Source of the DNA: Podarcis cretensis
Lineage: Eukaryota
Length of the DNA: 64,000 nucleotides
Direction of reading: 5' to 3'
Assembly: GCA_951804945.1 (NCBI GenBank)
Contig: OX638151.1
Coordinates: 89,590,001-89,654,000, forward strand
Made by a program: the position numbers and the translations under genes. Below the pieces are notes generated by a model. It made no database searches. It saw only the letters and a program-made list of their open reading frames with translations, and was not told where the DNA came from. Below, piece by piece: positions 11,500 through 23,016 of this stretch; within the stretch, counting starts at the first letter, position 1, and every line of letters begins with the position of its first letter.

Positions 11500-14400
11500 T
11501 GCAACTTGCTGCTGCTGTTACTGCCGGAGGGGCACAGAGTGTTTTTAAAATGTTTTTTAAAAAATTCTTTTGTATTTTTTGTATGTGGGGGGTGGGGGTG
11601 AGATGGATGTTTGGTTGGGCTTGGGGAATTTTTTATTATTATTATTTTGATGTTTTTGTAATTTTTACATTTTTTTGTTTGTATTGTTTTATTGGTTTTG
11701 TCTGTTTGTTTAAGGTGTTGTTTTGTTCTTAGGGGGAGGGGTCAGGGCTGCCGGGGAGTGGGCCCCAGCCCACAAAATGGCTGGGGCATGTTCCACAGGG
11801 GGGGATGCACTGGGACAACCGATCTCAGTGATCACGGGTAGGAGGAGGAGTTACGCTAAGACTAGACCATGTCATTACAGAGGGGGCAGGTTTAGTCACT
11901 GTCTGAGGACTATCCCTGCCTCTGGGTCTGGTCCTGACCAGATGGATACTAGAATCAGCAAGGGATACCCACATGACCTGAAGGTGCTGCTGTGCAATGC
12001 CAGGTCAATGATTCTTAAGACCACTGCCATCCATGACTTGATCATGGATGGAGGACTTGACCTGGCATGTGTAACAGAGACTTGGTTGGATGAAGCAGAT
12101 GGGCCTGTCCTTGCCGCTGCTTGTTCACCAGGTTTCTCTTACGCACAGCAACCCAGGTCATGTGGGCGGGGAGGGGGGGGTTTGCAGTGATTTTTAGGAA
12201 GTCATTAGTTTGCACCAGGTGTCCTATTGGGAAGACTCAGTTTTCCGAGTGCATGTTCTGGAAGTTGGGCAATAGGGGCAGTACAGGATTCCTTTTGGTG
12301 TACCGACCTCCCCGCTGCACCAAGGATTCCCTGCCTGAGCTGCTTCAGGTCATGGCGGATGTTCTCCTGGAGACACCTAGCTTGGTTGTCCTAGGGGATT
12401 TTAACATCCATGCCGACACGACCTTACAAGGGGCCAGTCGGGACTTCGTGGAAAGCATGGCCTCCATAGGGCTGTCCCTAAATAAGTCTGGCCCAACCCA
12501 TAGCCGCAGACATGCCTTGGACCTGGTGTTTACCTCTATGGATGTTGGTGATCTGACACTAAGTAAAAGTGAAATGAAAGAAGTGCCATGGTCAGATCAC
12601 TTCCTGGTGCAACTGGACTTCTCCGCGACCCATCCCCTCTGCAGGGGTCCGCCCCCGCCACTTAATGGATCCAAATGGTTTACAGAGAGTGGTAGGGGAT
12701 GCTTTATCCCATGTTGATGGCCTTTCAGCTGATTCCCTGGTGGCCTGCTGGAATGTGGAGTTAACCAGGGCTATTGACTGTTTGACTCCGAAGCGCCCTC
12801 TCCGATTGCATGGAGCCCGGACAGCCCCGTGGTTTTCCATGGATCTGAGGGCAATGAAACAATCGTTGAGACGGCTAGAGCACTGGTGGCGGATAACTCA
12901 TTCTGAATCTGACCGGACACATGTTAGAGCTCAACGTCGAGCCTACCAAGTGGCGATAGCGACGGCGAAGAAGAATTTCTTCACCGCCTCTATTGCATCT
13001 GCAGAAAACAACAGCAGGAGACTTTTTCAGGTGGTTCACAATTTAGCGGAACCACCTGCAACATCGGGGCCCAGTACCGGCCACATGTTCTCCTGCAATG
13101 ATTTTGCAAAGCTTTTTGCTGATAAAATCGCTCAGATTTGGGAAGAAGTAGACTCCACCGTGGGAGCAGGGAGAGTGCTAGAGTTTTGTCTAGTGATGTT
13201 GAGTGGGATCAATTCCAATCTGTTACCTCTGAGGATGTGGACAGGCTGCTTGGACGAGTGAAACCAACCACCTGTCTCCTGGATCCTTGCCCATCCTGGG
13301 TTATAAAAGCTAGCCGGGAAGGACTGGGCGATGGGCTTCGTGGGGTGGTGAATGCTTCCCTCCGTGAGGGAGCCTTCCCAGACCCGCTGAAAGAGGCGGT
13401 TATTAAACCGCTTCTTAAAAAACTATCTTTAGATGCGGCCACAATGGCCAACTATCGCCCAGTCTCAAATCTTCCATTCTTGGGCAAGGTGATTGAGCGA
13501 GCGGTTGCTGAACAACTCCAGGCACGCCTGGAAGAAGCGGACCATTTGGATCCCTTCCAGTCGGGATTCAGGCCTCATCATGGGACTGAAACTGCCTTGG
13601 TCGCACTGGTTGATGATCTCCGGCAGGCTAGGGACAAAGGTGAGAGCTGTTTCCTAGTTCTGCTGGATCCCTCAGCGGCGTTTGATACCATCAACCATAA
13701 CATCCTTCTGGACCGTCTTGAGGGGCTGGGAGCTGGGGGCACTGTCATACAGTGGTTCCGCTCCTTCCTCCTGGGCCGTGTTCAGAAAGTGGTGGTGGGG
13801 GATGAGTGTTCAGACCCCTGGGCTCTCACTTGTGGGGTGCCTCAGGGTTCTGTCCTCTCCCCCTTGCTTTTCATCATTTACATGCAGCTGCTGGGAGAGA
13901 TCATCAGGAGGTTTGGGCTGGGTGTTCATCAGTATGCGGATGATACCCAGCTCTACCTCTCTTTTAAATCAGAACCAGTGAAGGCGGTGAAGGTCCTGTG
14001 TGAGTGTCTGGAGGTGGTTGGAGGATGGATGGCGGCTAACAGATTGAGTGGTGCATGCTCTGGTTATCTCCCGCTTGGACTACTGCAATGCACTCTACGT
14101 GTGGCTACCTTTGAAGGTGACTCGGAAACTACAACTAATCCAGAATGCGGCAGCTAGACTGGTGACTGGGGGTGGCCGCCGAGGCCATATAACACCAGTC
14201 TTGAAAGACCTACATTGGCTCCCAGTACGTTTCCGAGCACAATTCAAAGTGCTGGTGCTGACCTTTAAAGCCCTAAACGGCCTCGGCCTAGTATACCTGA
14301 AGAAGCGTCTCCACCCCCATCGTTCTGCCCGGACGCTGAGGTCCAGCACCGAGGGCCTTCTGGCGGTTCCCTCATTGTGAGAAGCAAAGCTACAGGGAAC

Positions 14401-14628
14401 CAGGCAGAGGGCCTTTTCGGTAGTGGCGCCTGCCCTGTGGAACGCCCTTCCAGCAGATGTCAAAGCAATAAACAACTACCTGACATTCAGAAGACATCCA
14501 GAAGACATCTTAAGGCAGCCCTGTTCAGGGAAGTTTTTAACGTGTGATATTTTACTGTATTTTTGGTTTCTATGGAAGCCACCCAGAGTGGCTGGGGAGG
14601 CCCAGCCAGATGGGCGGGGTATAAATAA

Positions 14629-14669
<41 letters not shown>
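11500..14669 (+). mobile_element. L2-clade LINE, near full length, with disrupted APE endonuclease and RT
   Basis: APE motifs LLCNARS, ACVTETWL, LVYRPP, LGDFNIH, LDLVF, WSDHFLV. RT motifs NYRPVSNLPFLGK, FQSGFR, AAFDT, GVPQGSVLSP, YADDTQLY. L2 C-terminus SRLDYCNAL and HITPVLKDLHWLPV. (ATT)n tail. Candidate TSD tagcatag at 11492-11499 and 14670-14677. Confidence 0.93.
11777..14530 (+). pseudogene. Frameshifted L2 endonuclease/RT ORF
   Basis: Starts MAGACSTGG and is split across ORF-track frames 11723, 12121, 12665, 13138, 14048 and 14423. Frameshifts near 12180, 12645, 13170 and 14046; the last joins ANRL directly to VVHALVISRLD, implying an internal deletion. Confidence 0.85.
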
Positions 14670-14671
<2 letters not shown>

Positions 14672-14733
14672 GCATAGACTTTTCAAACATATAAATAACA
14701 TGGGGAAGGGCAAAAGGAAAGATTAGGTTACTG

Positions 14734-14845
14734 CTGGAGTGGAGAACCTGCAGACCTCCAGAAGTTGCTAGAATCCAGCTCCCATCATTCCTGCCTATTA
14801 GCCATGCTGGCTGGCATTGATGAGAATAATAAGTTCTGGAAGCCT
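14734..14845. mobile_element. Decayed hAT-type MITE fragment
   Basis: ggagaacctgcagacctccagaagttgct...ctcccatcattcctg...gccatgctggctgg; related to 59888-60023. Confidence 0.5.
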
Positions 14846-15024
14846 GTTCCTGGATTAATACTGTTAATGTCACAATGACCCTTCCATGTCCACAAGAGAT
14901 GATTTTGCATGTGGTTCTTTTAGGGGCAGAGGACACAATAAATGCATCACTGACTGAACTCCCAGTCGATATCCCACTGTGCTTCATTCAGGATTCTTTT
15001 AAAGGCTTATTGACCCATATCTGA

Positions 15025-15120
15025 AACAAACAAACAAAAATCCTTCCAGTGGCACCTCAGAGACTAACTAAGTTTGTTATTGGTATGAGCTTTTGTGTGC
15101 ATGCACACTTCTTCAGATAC
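15025..15120 (-). mobile_element. Penelope-like element terminal (pLTR) fragment with a hammerhead ribozyme motif
   Basis: Minus strand reads GTAT-CTGAAGA-A-GTGTGCATGCACAC-AAAA-GCTC-ATAC...TTAGTTAGTCTCTGAGGTGCCACTGGAAGGA. Flanked by acccatatctga repeats. A shorter copy lies at 32545-32597. Confidence 0.72.
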
Positions 15121-15144
15121 CATACCCATATCTGACCCATATCT

Positions 15145-15290
15145 GACAGACTTCCAAGAGATATAGACCCAGCTGGCAAAAACCAGCAATAATATTCAAA
15201 GTCTTAAAGTGGGATTGGTTGATCTGGAATACCAGATGGTGTAATACCAAGGTGGTGGTTGTCTCTTCTGGAACAGGCAGAGAGTTAATT
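15145..15290 (+). mobile_element. Ancient L1 ORF1-like remnant, copy A
   Basis: Translates as TQLAKTSNNIQSLKVGLVDLE, then after a frameshift TKVVVVSSGTGRE. Homologous to the minus-strand copy at 15620-15840. Confidence 0.5.
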
Positions 15291-15619
15291 CTTTTAAATT
15301 TGCTGCAACCAAGTTCAATTTATATATGCCATGAAAACACCTTTCTCCAATGCAGCCCCTAACTTGTTTCTATGTCTGCAGCTCTCTAGTTTTGACTGCT
15401 GCTTAATGCTGCTGCCAGCATGGATCTGAGTCATCCTTAGTATTGCCATTTTGTTTTGGTTGCCAGGTAACATCAGCCCAAGATGATCGCCACAATCTCA
15501 TGGCTGCTGTGTTCCCTGTGTCTAACCCCAAGCCTGGGGACTGGAACCAGTGTGACCATTTTGTATCCCAACAGATACCGGGCCTGCCAGAGACTAAGTC
15601 AAGAGTACTGTAACACATT

Positions 15620-15840
15620 TTAAGGGATTATCTCTTTCTGCCCCCACAGAGACATCCGTGGTCCTGATTTTACACTGCCATGTGTGGGAATCCAAATCAA
15701 TTAATTCAGCTTTAAGACTCTTAATACCATTACTGTTCTTTGCTGGTTGGGATTTAGTATCCCTATGGCTGTCTTCGAGCTCAGAAATCCTGTGTTCTGC
15801 TTCCACAACACATGCCAATAAGCCTTGTAGGATATTCCAG
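15620..15840 (-). mobile_element. Ancient L1 ORF1-like remnant, copy B
   Basis: VVEAEHRISELEDS...IKSLKAELIDLDSHTWQCKIRTTDVSVGAERDNPL resembles the L1 ORF1p coiled-coil/RRM junction (EAEqRISeLED...dLEnRSRRnNIRiiGvpEGaE). Confidence 0.6.
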
Positions 15841-16440
15841 CAATCATAAAAAGTGAACTGGAGACTAAAAGCAGGCAGGAAGGCAAGCAGGCATGTAGAA
15901 CAAGGCAGAAATAGTGGCAGGGGGAACCTACAAACCAACAGATAACCCCTAGACCCAGATTATCTCATTATCCATGTCCCAAAGGTGACCACAGGTAAGA
16001 TTCCAGAGCTTTGACTGTCAAATTTCTGAAATTCACCATGTCATGGCATACCACCAAGGATTTTTTTTCTTTCCAGGAATCTACAGCCAAAAACTGAATC
16101 ACTATGAACTGCCCCCAACCCAGGTTGCAATCCTTGCAGATCCTGGACAATGCCTAGTTTGTATGTATCTATAATGATAGCAGAAGAATTAAAAAAAAAT
16201 CAAAACCAGTAGCCAGCAAATATTTACATTTCATTAAATAATATGTGCAAGACATAAGGAGCATTTAGATTTTGTACAAGTATTTATTTTAAACTTACTT
16301 TATTCATTAATTTAATTTATTCATTTCAAAATTATTCTTCCTCTCATGTAAGGTATTTCCACTGAAGTAGATTTACATAATCTTACAGCTTCTCACAAGA
16401 GCACCTAAGGGACATACAGGGTGCTTCTCCATTGGGTGAA

Positions 16441-16473
16441 AAAAGGTAAAGGTAAAGGACCCCTGACAGTTAA
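16441..16473 (-). mobile_element. Sauria SINE 3' tail stub
   Basis: aaaggtaaaggtaaaggacccctgacagttaa is the reverse complement of the (CCTTTA)n tail. Confidence 0.65.
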
Positions 16474-16978
16474 CTCCATTTTTTCAGATATTGAAGGCAC
16501 CTGTCATATAAATCATTTATGTCTGCACGGAATTTGTCACACTCCACACCAAAACCTTCCTTACACTTTTCTTCTAGAAGGTTCTTAATGTTGAGGGACA
16601 TAAAGTTGTTGATCTTGCCTGGACAGAAAGCAGAACTTTTCAGAACCTCTGCAACTGAATAGTTTCCCCTTTCGAGTTCTGAAATATATGAGTGAAACAA
16701 ATTGATGAGAGACTGCAAGTGCAATAAATAAAGCTCACTAAACTCGTTTTCAAAAAAAATTCTTATCACTGCTGGTGGTTTGTCTTGCGAGAGAAAAAAA
16801 TGCCTTGACAGCTGGAAACATGTGAAGGAGTCTAGTGATGACTGGATATAATGACAACCACCTTGTCTTGCTATGAGACAGCATCAACTTGTATTCAATG
16901 TCCACAAACTCACAGCACTCCTTTAACTGCTCCATTCGGACAGTAAAGATATGAAAGTAATTTGTATATGCTATAAAG

Positions 16979-17283
16979 GAGGCATGTCCTACTCCCAAGA
17001 GACTGTGATCTATAAAAAACAACTGGCAGTGATGTACCCATTGTCATTGGAGGGAGGAGGAGCGTGGTTGGGGTAGGTGGGTGGAAGGTGGTGGCTAACT
17101 GGAAGTGGGGGGAGATTACCAAGAGTTCTTGAGCATTTTGGGGGGAGGATTGCCTAGGCAGGGGGTAGCGAGATTCCTAGCCCACTTCATTTAATACCAT
17201 GGTCAACCCCAATCACCCGCGGTCAACCAGGATCACCCCAGGGATCTAACTGTCAATCGGGGTCAACCGATTGAACATGTCTG
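16979..17283. mobile_element. hAT MITE inserted in the hAT transposase
   Basis: TIR gaggcatgtcc / gaacatgtctg. 8-bp TSD ctataaag (16971-16978) and ctgtaaag (17284-17291). The transposase reading resumes across it. Confidence 0.75.
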
Positions 17284-19947
17284 CTGTAAAGGATAGCCTA
17301 AACATCCATGTCTAAAATGTTTACTGCTTGAATACAGTTATTCAAAATGTACGCTGGACATCCCACAGCGACCAAAGTGTTTTGTTTTTTTTAAGCTTAT
17401 TCTTTAGCTTTGCAAACACATTTTTTCCTTCTGGATCCCATCGTATCCCTCCAGACAATGAGTTGCACTTGTCACCTGTGAATGCTATGCATTTTTCTAG
17501 TAGTATTCTACTTTCAAGGGTTTCCTTCACATATGATAAGATGGTATCTGCAGTCTAATTGGGTTGGCTTTTCAGTTCAATTAGTTTGGACTGCAAACCA
17601 CCACTTTTCCAGTCAAAATATTGAATAACTATTGGAAGCAACTTTACCGCACCATGGTTACTCCCATCAGTAGAAACACCACAACAACCTACTTCATGTT
17701 CTTCATTGCTTTTCAAAACATTTGCTACCTGGTTTTATGAAAAAGTCTGCTACTTTTGATGAGGAAGCTTCTTCTTGAACTGCTTTTTTGTGTTTTGTGG
17801 ATGCCACGTGTGTTTGCAGGTCAAATGCTCCTTCATGAGCCACATACACAAACATACCTGGTTTACATACTTCGAAATCATCTCTACCTCTTCTAAAACA
17901 GGTATACTTCTAAAACAGGTATACTTCTGCTGTAGCTCTTCAGCAAATTTACATTTTCTTTTCAGTGCTTTGTCGCTTTTTGGTGCCACAATTCTTTTCA
18001 ACTGATTGGGAGACACAATCAGATTCTGCTTCTCACACAGGCTTTCAATCAAAGCTTCTTGCTTGTCAGGTTCCAGAATATGAAGCAGTGTTCCTCACAC
18101 ATTCAACATCTATATTGAAAAACAAACACAGGCACCCAGACACCCGAAAGTCTAGCTCCCAGCATGCAATCTCAAGCTAAAAGACATTATGGAGTTGAGC
18201 AGGAGAGTTAGGGTGTTGTGAAGGAATAGTAGTGTTATTTCTTAAAACATAGAGCCATTCCTTCCCACTCATCCTGTTTTTGGACTCCGCCGAAGAAACT
18301 GAAAACCCCCCAGAAAACAAAACAAAACCCCAGGTCGCTGCACGTCCTGGAAATTCCTGACATCTCTTAAAATTCAAAAATTTTCCCCGGGTGCCATTTT
18401 AGGTGTCTGATTTCCTGGGATGTCCAGAAATTTCCGAACGTATCCTAGTTTCAACGGCTTCAACAGTTGGGTAAAAAGGTCTCTGCCTTAAATGTTCATT
18501 TTGCACTTTTAAAGAACCTCTCTTCAGTGACTTTTTAGTATTGTTTTTAAAACTATGCTTAGCTGTTTTTATGATACATTTGTTAATCAGATTGACACAT
18601 GTATAGAAGGTAATTCATAAATTATTTTATAAAAATAATCTTCTTTAGTTTTCATGAACATGTATAGTCTGTTCCCCCCCCCCCCGCCCCATTTATTTAT
18701 TTTTCCATGTCACCACTTTGTCCTATTGGAAAATTATTAAATTGTTTTGTTTCACTGAGCTGTTTCAAGAGGCCTGTGCTGGAACAGAAATTCAAATAAA
18801 GGGTTCCTAGTTGCTACCCAACAGGCATTCGTTGTGTGACAATGTGTGGCAGTAAGATCAAAATGGTTGCAGTCCAGAATGGTACCCACCAAGCATAGAA
18901 TCATAGTCCAAACCCCAGCAAAGCAGTAGAAATGCTCTTCAAATACCATACATATAAAAGAGAGTTCTGGTGATAACAACACTGAAATATTACTTCTAGG
19001 AGCATTCATTCCAAGTGCCAGAGGGACGGAAATGGATCAGTGAATGAGCCTGAATATCAAACTTCTGCTTCCTAAACCATTTAAATTAATACACAGAGGA
19101 AAAAGAAAAGCAAAATACTAAGATGATAAGCAAATAAGGACCCAATTGGGGCCCTTGCTCTCACTGAAGGGCTTTTGGTTCAGCAGGAACATCGGTTGAT
19201 TTGGGGGAAGGGATGATTTTTGTCCCTCACAGCTTCTAAGTTCTCCTGAAAATGAGCCCCAGAGACTTAATGGCCTCTCGGGACAGAGTAGAAGTTGGCT
19301 TGAAGGTCCACTTGAGCAGAAGATCACTGAATTCCACTACAGAAATGTTCAGAGTAAGAAGGGAGGTCTCTATTATAGGCACGGCAGAGAGCTGGGAATG
19401 AGGCTGAGCTATAGATGGAAGCCAGCCAGGTTAAAAGGTTTAGCTACTTATTTGAAAGTTATCTTGGGATGCAAATGGATATGTAAAGTCAGATCAAACT
19501 TACTTTGAAGTTTAGAGATGCTTAAAAAAAAATTAAAAAAACTTTTTACTTCCAACAAGACTACAAAGGCTATGAGAATAGTGTTTCTTGCAGTAATGAT
19601 AATGATCTTGCATTAATGGAAAGCCTTTCATTCCCAAAATGCTTTATACATTTATTAATTGCTACATGAACTCACTTCACCCCACAGTGAAATGCAGTCA
19701 TCAGAAAGAAGCAATATAATATAGGCTTAATGACAGTGCATTTATACCAACAGTCTTGCCTGGTTCGAAGCATAGTCACTCTGGTTAATTCAATGGAACG
19801 ATATCTTGCACATGTGAATTACAGTAAATAACAATGCACACACACATGCTTTGCATTAAACTATCAGACTTTTTTTTAAGACGATATGGCTTGAATTGTT
19901 GTAGATTATTTATTTGATCAAATGATTAAAGCACTCATTTATTTTAC

Positions 19948-20180
19948 TGTCACCCCATCAGTGGGCATGTTAAGTACAGTCCATACAATAATTATCTTAG
20001 CAAAGCCACGAGGGGCTATTTGGAGAGCAAGAGGCTCTCTATCCCCGGTGAGGATGGTGATAGGAGCATCCCTCCTGGGCCTGGAGCTTAATGGATTGAA
20101 AACTCATCATGCTGCACATCCTTTTTGTTAAACCAATAAAGTTCGTAACCCAGTTAAACTGGAGTCATCTCTCTATTACA
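19948..20180 (+). mobile_element. Possible short LTR remnant
   Basis: TGT...ACA termini, with AATAAA about 40 bp before the end. No TSD. Confidence 0.3.
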
Positions 20181-20351
20181 GAGGCTGGGCACAAATATTT
20201 GTTGTTTTTGGTTATCATTCATAATACAAAAATCAATGTGGAATCAACATTGTGGAACACATGAAAATCCAATTCCCTTTTTCCTCTTCTTGCACCGTCA
20301 TTTTTTAAAAAAACCAAAACGGTTGTTTATAAGGATTTTCTTATTCAATAT

Positions 20352-21978
20352 TGTCATCACTGCTCCTCCTCAATGGAAAGGAATGGGAAGGAATTTGTAA
20401 TAAATTTTGTGAGGTAGAAAGCATAAGGGCTTATCTGCTTGCTCTCGCAAGGTTCCAGCCAGCCTGGTCTTCCCATGGGAAGCATTAGATGCTGCAGTCA
20501 CACTACAGATTGGGAGAGTAGGTGCAACAGAAATCATCACCATTATCGAATACCTGTGTTTGAAAGAGGATGGAGGGGAGAGGAGTGATGAGGGAGGAAG
20601 AAGAGGCAAGTGAATAGGAACTTTGCCTTGTTTATATGATGGCCATTTGTAAATGGTGCTTAATATCTGGGTCTGCCATGGTTCCCTCTGGGCTTTGGAT
20701 TCAGAGCAGGAATGAAGAGCACCAGAGGATGCAGTAAGGATTCAAAAGGGGATGAGGTGGGATGAGGCTGTGCAGCAGAACCCACTTGATTTTATTTATT
20801 TCTTTTCATAAAATGTATGTGCTGCTTTATTGTAGAAACAAATCTGATGAGGTTTGATGAGAACCTCCCCTCTCTGCCCTCAGATGCACCTGATCCTGAA
20901 GAGGCTGGAGACCCAGGGGCTGGCCCTTCCCAGCCTGTGGAAGTTGAGGGAGGCTGAGATGCCCAGCCTGATGTGACAAAGCAGAAGCGTTCCGAGGAGC
21001 AGGTAAGCCCAGCAATCTCTGCCAATGAGAGGCAAGGTATCAAGAGAAGGGAGGAGATTCATCCCCTTCAAACAGTGTCATAGCATTTGTTGCCAGTGGG
21101 TGGGAGTGAGGAAAACGGGCAGGGTATGCATGTGCATTCAACTAGCTAAATGCAGTCAATCCGTTGTCATTTCCTGGTTCACATGGAGAAGCTGTTTTCA
21201 ATGGAGCCCCGTGATGGAAGTGCACAGCTGTATTGAGGCTGAACTGGGTGTTGAAATTGTGTGCCCCTAACAATTTTGTTTTTGTCCATGGAGTTTTCTT
21301 GGCAGGGATACTGGAGTGGCTTGCCAGTGCCTGCTCCAGGTGGATCACATTTAGTCAAAACTCTCCACCATGACCTGTCCATCTTGGGTGGTCCTGCATG
21401 GCATAGCTCATAACTTCTCTGAGTTATTCAAGCCCCTTCATCACGACAAGACAGGCGTGTTCTGGTCCTTGGGGTCACAAAGAGTCAGACACGACTAAAC
21501 AACAACAACAACAATTTTGTGCCCAGGGCAACTGCCCCTGTGCTCCCTCCCCTTCTAACTGCCCTCAAAGAAGCACCAGCCTCCTAGCCAGGAATGGTTG
21601 AAGGAATAGGGTTTCTCATGAGTAGTTGAGCCTTTTCCATCCCTGCTTAAGAGCCTGGTAGGGAGGCAGGAAAGCATGTTGAAACAATGCTACAGCACTC
21701 ACACACCCTTGGAACTTTTTGCTACTGATCTTGCACTCTTGAACTCTGGCCTTTGCTGTCAGACTGGATTTACTGTTGCTACTCCTTTGTCTTATAAGAA
21801 CACCCAAACTAGTACCTGCTCTTTCCTAGCTGCTAAGTCCATATCGGTTTGAAATCTGTAATAAAAGTTTACTTCTTTGCTTACACATAAAACACCTCTG
21901 CTGTCTAGTTTTGGATGGGAGTCAGAACAGGGTCTTGGGTCTTTGGTGAAAATTAATGATAGATCCCTACGGATGACA
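20352..21978 (+). mobile_element. Possible old solo LTR carrying later insertions
   Basis: Termini TGTCATC...GATGACA, purine-rich U3-like interior, AATAAA near 21860. TSD is not convincing. Confidence 0.4.
21280..21509. mobile_element. BovB-derived inverted/deleted insertion
   Basis: 21280-21450 is the BovB 5' region on the minus strand (GKPLQYPCQENSM). 21451-21509 is the BovB 3' end with (CAA)n on the plus strand. TSD aacaattttgt at 21269-21279 and 21510-21520. Confidence 0.8.
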
Positions 21979-22881
21979 TTGTAAAGATAGCCATAGGGGT
22001 ATTGAAAGCTCACTTTTTAGGGCAAATAGGGCAGTGCTCCACCAACCTCTGTTTGCCTTCATTCTATCTTCAGCCAGCCCTCACCTGCCTACTTATGACT
22101 AGTCCAGTGGTGGCTCTACCTGTCATTGACTTTCCACCTACTGCTGATCTTCTTGTCTTCCACCCCACCAGCATGTTTTCATCCTGCAAAGTCTGATCAT
22201 TCATTTAGAAGATGCCTCATCTTTAAATAAAACCTTTGAACAACTTGTGGAAACAGTCTTTTTGAATGTAGGATATTTGAACCAAATATGATGCATATGT
22301 GGTTTTTAAATCTTCATCCATAGTATTCTATTAGTTTCTTTCCAAGTTTCATAAATTCCATGGTCTTTTTACTTATACCTGTTTTGGTACAGACATTTGT
22401 TATGGTTGCTTTGCCTACAGTGAAAAGGTAAAAGAAAGCAGTTGGCATATGTGATAAGAAACTTTTAATCCAGACATTGCAAGGCTGCAGATGTCATTCG
22501 AGAGTGAAGCTAAATTATATTTTTATGAAAGGAATATCCGTTTGGCTCAATTATGTGTCATTTAACCTTCAAAGTTGTCAACTCTTCTAATGGAAATGTC
22601 AGCTGTGTTGGAAGTTCAACAGGTCTCCCAGTGCTGCCAAAGCAGCTGAAATTATACAAACATGAGGCACACAACTCATAAAGACATTTAAAATAGTTGG
22701 ACAAGATAAGGTCACTTGATCTAGCATGCCAGTATACTTGATATGTAACTGAATGCCACATTCCTTTTTTAAAAAAAGGAACAGATGATTAGTCACTAAT
22801 TGGCCATCACTCTTTCTCACAGACTTGGGTGGGGCCCAATTCATCTGGAGCATAAGAAGATATAAGAAGAACAAATAGGAG

Positions 22882-23016
22882 CAGGGCTTTTTTCAGCTGG
22901 AACTCATGGGAATTCAGTTCTGGCATTTCTCAGGTGGGCTCCACTGCCATTATAAGAGAACAAGGGAGGCATTCATGGTGAGTTCTGGCCCCTCTTTTCC
23001 TAGAAAAATAGCACTG
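22882..23016. mobile_element. hAT MITE (135 bp)
   Basis: TIR cagggcttttt / aaaatagcactg. Perfect 8-bp TSD aataggag. Confidence 0.85.

Larger units (their letters stand above)
16120..18449 (-). mobile_element. Decayed hAT DNA transposon with transposase pseudogene (Blackjack-like terminus)
   Basis: Minus strand: KRKCKF...zinc-finger-like N-terminus; GVSTDGSNHG (first catalytic D); IAFTGD (second D); GCPAxIL; HSKTRWLSL. 5' end TAGGATACGTTCGGAAATTTCTGGACAT near 18449. Contains stops, frameshifts and two internal deletions. The left boundary is uncertain. Confidence 0.85.

Noticed and set aside
14487-14987. 166-aa ORF with a poly-Ile tract
   Set aside because: Translation through the (ATT)n tail of the L2.
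16470-18052. Domesticated ZBED-like host gene
   Set aside because: Multiple stops, frameshifts, deletions and a MITE insertion indicate a dead transposon.
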